DNA from: a virus
Taxonomy: Duplodnaviria; Caudoviricetes
DNA: 24,988 nucleotides
Direction: 5' to 3' (one strand)
IMG/VR virus record: IMGVR_UViG_3300025084_000208
Span: 1 to 24,988 of that record
The position numbers and the translations under genes were made by a program. How positions within the stretch are numbered: position 1 is the stretch's first letter; every line of letters starts with the position of its first letter. Under the pieces are notes generated by a model, which did not search any database, was not told the origin of the DNA, and saw only the letters and a list, made by a program, of their open reading frames with translations. Below are positions 14,399 to 24,466 of this stretch, piece after piece.

Positions 14399-16170
14399 TA
14401 ATCCATTACCTCGATGTCATTTTCGTAACTTGTAAATCCGTTTTCTTTGATAACCTTCATTACAAAATTAACTCTTCCAATCAATTCATCTTTGTGTGAG
14501 ATAAGATAGATATTTTTATCACGCTCTCTACCAATCTTTTTAAGAACACTTAGAGCATTTTCTACTCCAGCAGTATCCATGCCACTGTCGATAAGTTCGT
14601 CAATGAATAATAAATTAACATTTTGATATAGGCTTTCCCAAACATCACGGAACGCAAAACTCATGCCTAGTATAAGTCTGTTGCGTTCACCGCGTGACAA
14701 GTTATCAAAGTCTAAGTCTTGTCCTAGTTGTGTAATTTCAACACTTAGGTCATTTAAAAATTGTACTTGATGAGGTAAGCCTAGCTTGTCAAGATAGTAT
14801 GTAAGTCTATTATTTAGATATGTAAGATTTTGTTCAATGATCTTTTTACGAATAAAGCTATCTTTGTTTGTAAGTAGTTTTAATAAAAATTCTTGATGTT
14901 CTTTATAAGACGTTAGCTCATTAACTGAAGCCCAGTCAATTTCTTGTAGTGCAGTATTAGTTAAGTCATCTACTTGAGTTTGATACGGGTCAACATCAGA
15001 TTGTTTTAAGTCAAGAGCTTGTTTTAAATTATCAACATTTTGTCTATGATCATATGCTTCTTTAGCAGTTTCATAGAATGTAGTAGGACGTCCATTGATG
15101 TTACCAATCTTTTCGAGTGCTGTAGTAACTTCTAAACATTTTGTATTAATCTCTTGTGCATATGCAGTTGCATCAACAAGTTCTTTGTTTTTACTTTCAG
15201 CAATTTCAGCTTTTTTGTCTGCATGAAGCTCTTGTCCACAAGTATAACAAGTTGCATCTTCAAGATTTGCGATGTCTTTTTTTGCTTTTTCTACACTCTT
15301 GTCGGCACGTAATAGTGCTGGCTCTAATGTGCTTAATTCTTTTTTAAGAGCCAAAATAGAGTTGTTATGTTCGTTCCAATTTGCTAATTTATCGTGTGAA
15401 TCTAATTCAGAATCAATGTCTAAATGTTCTAACTCTTCTATAGATTTAGATAATCTTTCAGTGTCTAATGTTTGTTTTGCACGCCATGCACGTTGATTCT
15501 TCTTCAAACTTTCAATTGTAACTTCAATTTTTTCATTAGCTGCTTGAATAGCTTCAATTTTTAAAGTTTCTGATGTTATTGCATCTTTTGTTTGTTTAAC
15601 TTGATCTTTAAGATTATCAGCCTTTTCGCTAAGGATAGTAATACCTAACAGTTGTTCAATGATTGCACGTTGATCGTTCTGCCTCATACTTAAAAAAGGT
15701 TCAGTATATGTGTTTAGCGCAACAATATGCTTAAACATATCGTGACTCATGTTCAGTAGAACATTAATTGATTCTTGCGTTTTACGACTGTCGCCTTGTG
15801 ACTCGTCGATCATCTCTTGTTCTTGATCATTGATATAAAACTTGAGTACGTTAGGCGATCTACCACGTTCGATTCGATAATCAACACCATCTTTTTCAAA
15901 ATGTAATGTAACTAACATACCTTTTGAGTTAGTTTTGTTAATTAAGTTATTGCGTTTGATATTTGTAAGTGCTGTACCATACAATGCATATGATAGTGCA
16001 TTAATAATAGTAGTCTTACCAGTACCATTGCGTGATCCTGTGTCATCGCCGCCTTGATCTAAGTTCTCACCAAGCACAAGTGTTAGTTGTTCTTTGTTAA
16101 AGTCTACAGCCTGGGTTTGATTGCCCACACTCATAAAGTTTTTTACGGTTAAGTCTTTAATTCTTATCAT
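14398..16170 (-). CDS. gp46: Recombination ATPase, gp46 / SbcC / Rad50
   Basis: Walker A NGTGKTT, coiled coil with zinc hook CYTC, signature LSRGE, Walker B LFIDE, D-loop SGMD, H-loop LISH. Confidence 0.96.
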   Translation of the reverse strand: MIRIKDLTVKNFMSVGNQTQAVDFNKEQLTLVLGENLDQGGDDTGSRNGTGKTTIINALSYALYGTALTNIKRNNLINKTNSKGMLVTLHFEKDGVDYRIERGRSPNVLKFYINDQEQEMIDESQGDSRKTQESINVLLNMSHDMFKHIVALNTYTEPFLSMRQNDQRAIIEQLLGITILSEKADNLKDQVKQTKDAITSETLKIEAIQAANEKIEVTIESLKKNQRAWRAKQTLDTERLSKSIEELEHLDIDSELDSHDKLANWNEHNNSILALKKELSTLEPALLRADKSVEKAKKDIANLEDATCYTCGQELHADKKAEIAESKNKELVDATAYAQEINTKCLEVTTALEKIGNINGRPTTFYETAKEAYDHRQNVDNLKQALDLKQSDVDPYQTQVDDLTNTALQEIDWASVNELTSYKEHQEFLLKLLTNKDSFIRKKIIEQNLTYLNNRLTYYLDKLGLPHQVQFLNDLSVEITQLGQDLDFDNLSRGERNRLILGMSFAFRDVWESLYQNVNLLFIDELIDSGMDTAGVENALSVLKKIGRERDKNIYLISHKDELIGRVNFVMKVIKENGFTSYENDIEVMD

Positions 16171-17177
16171 AATTCGTTATAAATGTCCAGTAGCATTTTC
16201 TTATTAAAGTTTTCAGAGTCAATTGCAGTAATTTCTTTAGACACAATTTCGTCAACGCTTTCAAATGTTGAAATATCAAGTTCGGTTGAAATTTCTTCTA
16301 TTTGTTTTTGTGGAATAAGAGTAATCTCTCTACAATGATGTTGACTGATATAAGTTTCTTTTATGAACTGTGCTTCTTCGTAGCTAATCGGAACATCAAT
16401 AGTAACACGTAGATACATATTATTTTTAATAATATCTTGATTAGGATCTAGTAACTTACTAAGTGTAGTTGTACGATACTTAGGACAGTCTTTCCAGTCT
16501 AGATATACTGGCTCAGCATCGTTTTCTCGGTCAAGTATCATCATACCACGATTGTCGTCCCAAGCATCTGCATAGTTGTGTGGAAAAGCATTACCAATAT
16601 AGTGTACTTTACCCTGTTGTTGACGTTTATGGAAGTGTCCACTAAACACATACTCTTGATTCTGGAAATGTTCTGCTCTAAGCTCACCGTGATCGGGCAT
16701 CTGTACCATAGCGTTCATATAGAATGACGGAAGTTCGAAGTGACCAAACATATACTTTGCTTTACAGGAAGCCATATTACGCCACTCGTCGCCGACTAAC
16801 CACGGAACAAGAGCAACATCTTCAATTTCAGTAAAAGAGTCTACTACAGTTATTCCAGGAATGTGTCTAGCAAACTCAGTAGAGCTTACATCACGTTTGT
16901 CTTTATAGTACAAATCGTGGTTTCCTGCAAACATATAGAACTTATCAAACGCTGCACCTAATTTTTCAAGACACTTTATAGTTGTGTCCATAGTAGTTAA
17001 GTTTAGACTGTTTCGATTATGATGCCAGTCACCACAAAATATACCAGTTTCACAATTATTAGCCTTAGCTTGCTCAATATACCAATCTATAAAGTTTTCA
17101 CCATCAAGATTGTGTTGTTTAGAGTTGCCTTTTAGGCCAAAATGTATGTCAGTAAAGACTGCTGCTTTTTTAAACAC
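16167..17177 (-). CDS. gp47: Recombination nuclease, gp47 / SbcD / Mre11
   Basis: Metallophosphoesterase motifs TDIH, GDWHH, GNHD, GHF and SGHFH; overlaps the gp46 start. Confidence 0.96.
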   Translation of the reverse strand: MFKKAAVFTDIHFGLKGNSKQHNLDGENFIDWYIEQAKANNCETGIFCGDWHHNRNSLNLTTMDTTIKCLEKLGAAFDKFYMFAGNHDLYYKDKRDVSSTEFARHIPGITVVDSFTEIEDVALVPWLVGDEWRNMASCKAKYMFGHFELPSFYMNAMVQMPDHGELRAEHFQNQEYVFSGHFHKRQQQGKVHYIGNAFPHNYADAWDDNRGMMILDRENDAEPVYLDWKDCPKYRTTTLSKLLDPNQDIIKNNMYLRVTIDVPISYEEAQFIKETYISQHHCREITLIPQKQIEEISTELDISTFESVDEIVSKEITAIDSENFNKKMLLDIYNEL

Positions 17178-17199
17178 TTAGAATAACCTCATTTTTAAT

Positions 17200-17228
17200 A
17201 GTATAGCACTATTTTTTAAAGATGTCAA
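17200..17228 (-). promoter_or_regulatory. Sigma70-type promoter for gp47-gp46
   Basis: TTGACA (17228-17223), 17-nt spacer ending TGC, TATACT (17205-17200); SD GAGG before the GTG. Confidence 0.8.
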
Positions 17229-18046
17229 GATTTATTGGATTCTCTTCGGACTGCTGCGTCCCATTCGCCGCTGTGCAACCTTGTATGAGAAGGATTTAAG
17301 TTATTCATCTCAAGAATATCGTCTCTAATGTTCTGCGCTCGTTTTTCGATGTTGATAATCCGTACAAAACTGTTAGTAACTGCTGCCGTGTAGTAAGCAA
17401 ACGGATTATTTGACTTAGATTCGTCAAATTGTAGGCCAATTTGTGATAATTGTAATATCGCCTGTCCTTTCATCTCGTCATTGTATGTGTAACCACGTAC
17501 ATTGCCACGGGTAGCATAACGATCAACAAGTTTCATCCACATCATTGCAAGTTTATTTGTTGCTTTACCGCCTGTCAAGCTAAAACAACCGTTTTCTAAA
17601 CCGCCTTCCCAATGGCTTTTTCCAACACACACTAATTCTCCGTCAGGTGTAAATTTATAATGTTTATACGGCGGAAAATTAAGTTTTACTTTAGTATCTG
17701 CAACAGTCTTTGGATTCTTTTTACGTCCAGGATGTTCCGGTATGTGGTCAAAAGTGTAAATTCTAAAAATTAACTCTTCTTTTGTAATTTTTTTATAGTC
17801 AACTTCACATTCTGCCATTTTAAGTTTTTTACCAGAAGCTTTTGCTTCGTCGTAAGCAAGGGTGCTTAGCCGTTTTGCTTTATTTCGTTTAGCTTCAGCT
17901 ATGGTCCTAATGTTGACTTTTTCAACACTAGATAAAATGATATCAAACTGATGATAATCTTGATCTATAAAACTGCAAAACGTACTTTTAGATTTGTGAA
18001 TTTCTTTTAGTATGTCTTTGTTATTGAGGTAGTTGACTCTTTTCAT
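17225..18046 (-). CDS. gp55: Late transcription sigma factor, T4 gp55 family, 273 aa (start corrected from 18112)
   Basis: NYLNNKD at the N-terminus, YATRGNVRGYTYNDEM and FDESKSNNPFAYYT; gene order 55-47-46; SD TAGGA before ATG 18046. Confidence 0.9.
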   Translation of the reverse strand: MKRVNYLNNKDILKEIHKSKSTFCSFIDQDYHQFDIILSSVEKVNIRTIAEAKRNKAKRLSTLAYDEAKASGKKLKMAECEVDYKKITKEELIFRIYTFDHIPEHPGRKKNPKTVADTKVKLNFPPYKHYKFTPDGELVCVGKSHWEGGLENGCFSLTGGKATNKLAMMWMKLVDRYATRGNVRGYTYNDEMKGQAILQLSQIGLQFDESKSNNPFAYYTAAVTNSFVRIINIEKRAQNIRDDILEMNNLNPSHTRLHSGEWDAAVRRESNKS

Positions 18047-18071
18047 ATTGGTTCCTATTAATTTACTTAAT

Positions 18072-18100
18072 ATTATAATATCAGTTGTACAAAAAGTCAA
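18072..18100 (-). promoter_or_regulatory. Sigma70-type promoter for gp55
   Basis: TTGACT (18100-18095), 17-nt spacer, TATAAT (18077-18072). Confidence 0.8.
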
Positions 18101-18115
18101 GTAAAAATGCACATG

Positions 18116-18123
18116 TATTTATA
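18116..18123 (-). promoter_or_regulatory. Late promoter TATAAATA pointing at gp55
   Basis: Exact consensus on the minus strand, upstream of the sigma70 promoter. Confidence 0.5.
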
Positions 18124-18153
18124 AAAAAGAAAACTACGCACTTAATTTAAAAC

Positions 18154-18161
18154 TATAAATA
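18154..18161 (+). promoter_or_regulatory. Late promoter TATAAATA for the baseplate operon
   Basis: Exact consensus followed by SD TAGGAG and ATG 18179. Confidence 0.8.
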
Positions 18162-18178
18162 CACTATAGGAGTAATCT

Positions 18179-19072
18179 ATGGCAGGAATTTTTAATACAT
18201 TAAACAGGGTTGCTAATCAGTTTCAAAGTTTACAACAAAGCATTGGAAGTGAATTTGTTAATACAATTGCTAACTCAAATTTTAGCAACTTAGCACAAGG
18301 TGCCAGGTCTTTACAAGGAATAGCACAAGGTGTCTCTGCATTTGCAAGCGGTCTTGCTGACCCTTCACAATTAATTGCACAGTTTAGGTCACGAAACATT
18401 TTTCCAGGAGCCGAGCCGCAACAAAGTTCACGAGTTAGTGCAGAAATTGCAGGTGGACAAGAACGAGATTGGAGAGTACGATTGAGTATACCGGGATCAC
18501 TATCTGCAAGCCCGATGTTTTCTCCGTTAAAAAGAACTGCCGGATTTGTATTTCCATATACTCCAACAATTTATGTACAACACAGTGCAGATTATAATAA
18601 TCTACAACCAGTACATTCAAATTATCCGTTTCCAGTTTACGAAAGTAGCAGAACTGATCAATTTACAGTAAGTGGAGAATTCTTAATTGAAACAGCGTTT
18701 GAAGCAGAATATTGGGTAGCAGCAGTTCACTTCTTGAGAACTATTACAAAAATGGATTATGGCGGAACAGGCGCACCGCCGCCAATTTGTAGATTAAACG
18801 GATACGGAGATTTTGTTTTTAATAACGTTCCTGTTGTTATAACTAACTTTCAGATAGATTTACCTTCAGAAGTTGACTACATATCTACAAGTTTAGAAAA
18901 TCAAGGAGTGTCGCAAAATAGTGCAAACTCAGGAGCAATTAGTTGGGTACCTAGTCAAAGTTTAATTAGTATTACATTGCAGCCAATTTACAGTAGAAGA
19001 AAAGTAGAAACATTTAATTTAAATAACTTTATGAATGGTGGATACATTTCGGGCGGAGATGGATTTATCTAA
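18179..19072 (+). CDS. Baseplate tail-tube initiator / tube-fold protein (gp48/gp54-like)
   Basis: FPYTPTI, FTVSGEF and PPPICRLNGYGDFVFNNVPVVITNF resemble tube-initiator proteins of contractile tails; first gene of the baseplate operon. Confidence 0.65.
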   Translation: MAGIFNTLNRVANQFQSLQQSIGSEFVNTIANSNFSNLAQGARSLQGIAQGVSAFASGLADPSQLIAQFRSRNIFPGAEPQQSSRVSAEIAGGQERDWRVRLSIPGSLSASPMFSPLKRTAGFVFPYTPTIYVQHSADYNNLQPVHSNYPFPVYESSRTDQFTVSGEFLIETAFEAEYWVAAVHFLRTITKMDYGGTGAPPPICRLNGYGDFVFNNVPVVITNFQIDLPSEVDYISTSLENQGVSQNSANSGAISWVPSQSLISITLQPIYSRRKVETFNLNNFMNGGYISGGDGFI

Positions 19073-19368
19073 TGGCATCAAATAATAGTCCGTATTACAA
19101 AACAAGAATCATTAATGGAGAATATTTAGATATTCTCACAATTAGACCAGTACCTGCTGATCCTGACGATTTATTATATAGTATTGAACCTCAATACAAT
19201 TATCGCCCGGATTTACTAGCACACGATTTGTACGGATCATCTAAATTATGGTGGGTGTTTACACAACGAAATTTAGATGTACTTTCAGACCCAGTTTATG
19301 ATTTTAGAGTAGGAACTTCGATATATCTGCCTAAGAACAGTCGAATAAAAGACGTATTAGGATTATAA
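19072..19368 (+). CDS. gp53: Baseplate wedge protein, gp53 / LysM-like
   Basis: YNYRPDLLAHDLYGSSKLWWVF...N...P....G..IYLP motif; TAATG coupling to the upstream gene. Confidence 0.8.
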   Translation: MASNNSPYYKTRIINGEYLDILTIRPVPADPDDLLYSIEPQYNYRPDLLAHDLYGSSKLWWVFTQRNLDVLSDPVYDFRVGTSIYLPKNSRIKDVLGL

Positions 19369-19369
19369 T

Positions 19370-22087
19370 ATGACAACAGATTATGAAAGAGAAGCATATG
19401 GAACAACTAGACAAAATCTTTCTAATAAAGTAAACAACGCTATTAATGCTACTCCTCCTGGAGTTGGTAGTTTAGATGCAGCGGCAGCATCAGCACAGCA
19501 ATCAATATCAGATGCTCGAGCCCGTGTTGCAACAATAGGGTTTGGTGATGGACAAGTTGATCCTGCTTTAGCAAGAGCCGCTGCTGCGATCGAAGGAGTA
19601 ACAGATGCTGATACATGGATTGAAGGTATAGGATGGGGATCTACTCCTGCTGATAATATTAATGTTGGCGGAACACCATCTAACAATGCAACAACATCAC
19701 CGTTGTCTGCTGGACAACAAGGAGCCAACAGATTTGTAAATGCATTTGAACAATTTTCATATACTGGATCTAATCCCCTACAACCTAATCCTTTAGAAGA
19801 GTTTGCATCTTTTAACAATATTTTTACATTAGGAGTTCTTACTCCAGAACAAATGAATTTTCCTGACCGTACATATCGACAGAATGGATCAGACGCTATA
19901 ATTTTAAAGTCTGGTGGCGGTGCCGGAAGTAAAAAAGTAACAACAGCTTTTGAGTCACAGGGTAAAGTAGAATATTTTATTGATAACCTTGATATTGATA
20001 GTGTTATAACCCCAAGACGCAATATAGGTTCAACTAATGCAACTGCAATAACTTTTGAAGTTATGGAACCATATAGCATGGGATTATTTCTACAATCTTT
20101 AATGGAAGGAGCATTACAAGCAGGATACGCTAATTATATAAATGCTTCTTATCTTTTACAAATTGACTTTGTTGGTTACGATGATGAAGGCAATGCTAAA
20201 AAGATAGACGGAACAACTAGATACTATCCAATAAAATTTGTAGATATTAAATTTAATGTTACAGGAGGAGGTTGTGTATACCAATGTCAAGCAATACCTT
20301 ACAACGAACAAGCATTTAGTGATGTAGTACAACAGATAAAAACAGACGTTTCGCCAACCGGTGCTACAGTATACGAATTATTACAAACGGGAGAAAATAG
20401 TCTTACAAGTATCATTAATAGACGTGCAAGAGAGCGTGCTAGTGCAGGAGAAATTAGTACCCCAGACGAAGTAGTCATAATTTTTCCTAATGCTGATTTA
20501 AAATTAAGTTCAGCAATAGCTACACCCGGCGCAAATAGTGCAACTGTTTCGCCTGAAGATTCTGCAAGAAGTTTAGGACAAGTTAATTTATTAGGTGCTG
20601 CTAATATAGATAAGATATCTGATTTACAACAAAATAAATCTATAGGTGCCGGCTCTGGTAGTATTGCTGAAAGACTAGTATCAGTAAGTTCGCGAAGTGC
20701 AAATGTTATTGCTAACAGTAAAATTGTAAAAAGTATACTAGATCGAGGCATATCACCAATGGGTATCGATGCATTTGTAATTGACGAAAATACAGGAAAT
20801 TATTCAAGAGGAAAAATAAGTATATCATCAGATCTACGACAGTTTACATTTGGCCAAGGAATGAAAATACAAAACATTATCGAAAGTGTAATTCTTACTA
20901 GTGATTATGCTAGGAGTATTGCTGATTATAATATTGATACTGTTGGCATGGTCGATTGGTTTAGAATTGAAACAGATGTTTATATAAATCAAGATCTATC
21001 AAACGAAGCAAGACAAGGTCGCCCTGGCCTAGTATATGTTTTTAAAGTTATGCAGTATAAAGTTCACAGTAGTATTTTTAACAGATCTAGTACCGGCGGC
21101 GCAAACTACGCAAATTTACAACAAAAAATTGCTAAAGAATACAATTACATTTACACAGGTAAAAACAAAGATATATTAAATTTTGATATTGATATTAACT
21201 TTGCATTTTTTACGGGATTGCAAGATGATAGGGGACAAGGTTCTCCAGATGTTACACAAGGCGGCGCTGATTCTGCTCTCCCAGGTGATCCTGCAATTTA
21301 TGGACAAATTGAACCTGGCGGCGAATTTCAACCCGACGGCCAATCTACAAGAGAAAACACAATTGAACCTGATACACAAACAACTCCAGGAACCGAAGTT
21401 GACGATCAAAAAATTAGAATCGCTAGACAATTTCATGATGCAATTGTTAATAGTGATGTTGATTTAATTCAGTTAAAATTAGATATAATGGGAGATCCGT
21501 ATTTTATTGCTGATAGCGGAATGGGAAATTATTCAAGTCAAAATATTGGATTACTAAACATTAACGGTGATGGCACCATGGAATATCAAGGCAGCGAAGT
21601 TGACATATTAATTAATTTTAGGACACCTATTGATTATAAAGACGATGATACTGGAGGAATGTTGTTTCCAGAAGATACTGTTAAATTAACTCCGTTCAGC
21701 GGGTTGTACAGAGTAATCTTTGTACGAAATACTTGGCAACAGAATAAATTTGTACAACAGTTAACATTAATTCGTAGACCTTATCAAGAAAAAGAAGGTA
21801 CAGTAACCGATCAACGACTATTTACAGAAGCCAGTACTTCAATTGGTGAACTAAATTTAATTCCGCCTGCAGAGATAATACAACAGGCAACTGCAAGTTT
21901 AGATAGGCTTGAAACTACTATTGCAGGATTTGCTGCTGGTATGGTCGATCCTAGATTACTTCAAGCAGCAAAACAATTACAACTAGGGAAAATAAATCTT
22001 GCCCAACAAGCACAAACGCTAATTAATACTAATAGAGTTCAGTCTTCTTTAACTGATTTAGCTAGAGGCATTAGGAGAGGTTTTTAA
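19370..22087 (+). CDS. Large baseplate hub-like protein (gp27 / Mu gp44-like), 905 aa
   Basis: Located between gp53-like and spike genes; C-terminal LDIMGDPYF...FSGLYRVIFVRNTWQQNKFVQQLTLIR resembles hub proteins. Confidence 0.65.
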   Translation: MTTDYEREAYGTTRQNLSNKVNNAINATPPGVGSLDAAAASAQQSISDARARVATIGFGDGQVDPALARAAAAIEGVTDADTWIEGIGWGSTPADNINVGGTPSNNATTSPLSAGQQGANRFVNAFEQFSYTGSNPLQPNPLEEFASFNNIFTLGVLTPEQMNFPDRTYRQNGSDAIILKSGGGAGSKKVTTAFESQGKVEYFIDNLDIDSVITPRRNIGSTNATAITFEVMEPYSMGLFLQSLMEGALQAGYANYINASYLLQIDFVGYDDEGNAKKIDGTTRYYPIKFVDIKFNVTGGGCVYQCQAIPYNEQAFSDVVQQIKTDVSPTGATVYELLQTGENSLTSIINRRARERASAGEISTPDEVVIIFPNADLKLSSAIATPGANSATVSPEDSARSLGQVNLLGAANIDKISDLQQNKSIGAGSGSIAERLVSVSSRSANVIANSKIVKSILDRGISPMGIDAFVIDENTGNYSRGKISISSDLRQFTFGQGMKIQNIIESVILTSDYARSIADYNIDTVGMVDWFRIETDVYINQDLSNEARQGRPGLVYVFKVMQYKVHSSIFNRSSTGGANYANLQQKIAKEYNYIYTGKNKDILNFDIDINFAFFTGLQDDRGQGSPDVTQGGADSALPGDPAIYGQIEPGGEFQPDGQSTRENTIEPDTQTTPGTEVDDQKIRIARQFHDAIVNSDVDLIQLKLDIMGDPYFIADSGMGNYSSQNIGLLNINGDGTMEYQGSEVDILINFRTPIDYKDDDTGGMLFPEDTVKLTPFSGLYRVIFVRNTWQQNKFVQQLTLIRRPYQEKEGTVTDQRLFTEASTSIGELNLIPPAEIIQQATASLDRLETTIAGFAAGMVDPRLLQAAKQLQLGKINLAQQAQTLINTNRVQSSLTDLARGIRRGF

Positions 22088-24457
22088 ATGGCAATTAACA
22101 GGCGTAGTCTAAATGATGGAAAAATTAGAAATCCAGGGCCATTTTTAGCAAAGGTTATAAGTCACCTTGACCCTAGTTACATGGGAAATTTACAAGTACA
22201 ATTACAAAAAATAAGTTCAAGCAGCAATACACCTGATGCATACGGAGAAAGTGTTACAGTACGATATTTAAATCCATTTTACGGAGTAACTCCATTAAGC
22301 GGAAATTTACCATCAGATAAGTATCAAGCAAGTCAGCAGAGTTACGGTATGTGGTTTGTACCGCCTGACGTAGGACAAAAAGTTTTATGCTTTTTTGTTG
22401 AAGGTGATTTAAGTAGAGGTTACTGGGTAGGATGTGTTCAAGACGAATTTATGAATATGATGGTTCCCGGAGCTACCCCTGCTACAGATTTTAGTATAGC
22501 AGGAGATAAAGTTCCTGTAGGAGAATACAACAAAAGAATTGATCGTCCTGCACAAGCAGATGCTACCCGTTATATAAAACCTGTAAACGAATTTTTCTTA
22601 AACAAGTTAATTCAACAAGGTTTGGATCTAGACGAAATAAGAGGACTTACAAGTTCAAGTGCAAGGCGTGAAGTACCTAGTATGGTATTTGGTGTTAGTA
22701 CTCCAGGACCACTAGATAAAAATGGGCCACAAACTCCTATAGGTACAAGCGATGTTAGAGCAACACGATATACTAGTAGATTAGGCGGCAGCAGTTTTGT
22801 AATGGACGACGGCGATGTTAGTCTCATAAGAAAAACACCAGCAGGTGGCCCAAACCAAGGTCCGTCAGAGTATGTAAATGTTGAAGGTGGTGAAACAGGA
22901 GGTGATCCAACCTTACCGCATAATGAGTTAATAAGATTTAGAACACGCACCGGGCATCAAATATTAATGCACAATACTGAAGATTTAATTTATATCGGTA
23001 ATGCTAGGGGAACTTCGTGGATCGAAATGACCAGTAATGGTAAAATAGATATCTATGCTCAAGATAGCATAAGTGTGCATTCTAATCAAGACTTAAATTT
23101 TACAGCGGATCGAGATATAAATTTTACAGCCGGTCAAAATGTAAATTGGGTTGCTGGTAAAGAATGGAAGCAAGATATCGGAAGTAGTATTAATGTTACT
23201 TCAGGAGATTATATATCACAAAATGCTGCTGAAGCTATTACAAACAATGCGGGAAGTTTTATTAATAATTATGCAGGTGATAGTATTACTTGTACAGCCC
23301 AGGGAAAAATTGCAATATTAGCAGCAGGTAATTTAAATTTAGGATCTACAGCAGAAATTGGTATTGAATCATGTGGTGATTTAAAATTAAGTACAGACGG
23401 CAATTTTCATAATAAAGCTCTTGGTAATATGAATACACAAGCTGATTTAGAAATAAATTCGTTATCTGGATTAGCAACAAAAATAACAAGCGGCGAAGTT
23501 ATGGGAATAAAAAGTACAGGAGCAAATGTGCTGTTAACTGGTGGTACCGACATACATTTAAATGGACCTGTAGCACCGTCGGCAACAGAAGCAGTTTTAC
23601 CATCGATTGCAGATCCTACAGATCCAGTTGCTCCATTACGTGCTGCACAAACAGCAAGAGTTCCGCAGCATGAACCTTGGCCACAACACGAAAATACTGA
23701 TCCGAGTATGTTTACACCAGATAAAACAAGAGCAGGACTTGAGCAATCTACAGCATATCCGCCAGAAGTTTATGATACTTTTAGAAAAAATGTTGCTCGT
23801 ACACCAGCACAGCAGAATGTTACAAGAGGAACTAATCCGGATCCAGGATCTAATTATGATGCAACACAAAATGTTCCACAAGGTGAAAGCAACAACAGAA
23901 CATCAACAAGTGGTACATCATCTCCACCGTTAACTTCTCCTCCTGCTGGAGTAATAACAGGATTAACAAACGATCAAACTGTTGCGTATCTTAATACTAT
24001 TGGAAAACGAGAAAGTGAACTTGCATATGATGCTGTAAACACTTTAGGATTTAGCGGAAAATATCAATTTGGTAAATTAGCATTATATGACGAAGGTTAC
24101 TTAAAAAGTACAAGCGGAACAAATAAACAAGCAATTGAAAATGCATCTAATTGGACAGGCACAGACGGAATGACCAGTCAGCAAGCCTGGCTTGATTCGG
24201 TTAGTGTTCAAGAAGCAGCAATGATATCATATACAAATAAAAATCTTAAAGCTCTTAAACGTAACGGCGGAATAAGAGACAGCGATAGTGTTGCTCAAAT
24301 TATGGGTATGCTGGCAGGATCACACTTATTAGGTGCCAGAGGGATGAATGAATGGCGTCGAGGTGAAGGCGGTAAAGATGCATACGGAACAACCGGCGAT
24401 GAGTATTTTGCGTTAGGCGCTAATGCAGCGGGAGGAGCAACAAGTAATGTTGTTTAG
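22088..24457 (+). CDS. Baseplate central spike, gp5/VgrG-like, with C-terminal lysozyme-like domain
   Basis: OB-fold motifs DPSYMGNLQV and YGMWFVPPDVGQKVLCFF..GYWVG; RTRTGHQILM then beta-helix repeats ending IHLNG; P/T linker; RES..YDAVNTLGFSGKYQFG...AGSHLLG muramidase-like motifs. Confidence 0.85.
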   Translation: MAINRRSLNDGKIRNPGPFLAKVISHLDPSYMGNLQVQLQKISSSSNTPDAYGESVTVRYLNPFYGVTPLSGNLPSDKYQASQQSYGMWFVPPDVGQKVLCFFVEGDLSRGYWVGCVQDEFMNMMVPGATPATDFSIAGDKVPVGEYNKRIDRPAQADATRYIKPVNEFFLNKLIQQGLDLDEIRGLTSSSARREVPSMVFGVSTPGPLDKNGPQTPIGTSDVRATRYTSRLGGSSFVMDDGDVSLIRKTPAGGPNQGPSEYVNVEGGETGGDPTLPHNELIRFRTRTGHQILMHNTEDLIYIGNARGTSWIEMTSNGKIDIYAQDSISVHSNQDLNFTADRDINFTAGQNVNWVAGKEWKQDIGSSINVTSGDYISQNAAEAITNNAGSFINNYAGDSITCTAQGKIAILAAGNLNLGSTAEIGIESCGDLKLSTDGNFHNKALGNMNTQADLEINSLSGLATKITSGEVMGIKSTGANVLLTGGTDIHLNGPVAPSATEAVLPSIADPTDPVAPLRAAQTARVPQHEPWPQHENTDPSMFTPDKTRAGLEQSTAYPPEVYDTFRKNVARTPAQQNVTRGTNPDPGSNYDATQNVPQGESNNRTSTSGTSSPPLTSPPAGVITGLTNDQTVAYLNTIGKRESELAYDAVNTLGFSGKYQFGKLALYDEGYLKSTSGTNKQAIENASNWTGTDGMTSQQAWLDSVSVQEAAMISYTNKNLKALKRNGGIRDSDSVAQIMGMLAGSHLLGARGMNEWRRGEGGKDAYGTTGDEYFALGANAAGGATSNVV

Positions 24458-24466
24458 GAGAAAAAT

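Noticed and set aside
19381-23933. Antisense and alternate-frame ORFs within the baseplate genes (232, 150, 112, 108, 94, 86 and 81 aa), and similar short ones in the head, tape measure and gp46 genes
   Set aside because: Fully nested in well-supported genes, with no recognisable motifs; expected shadows of codon bias.
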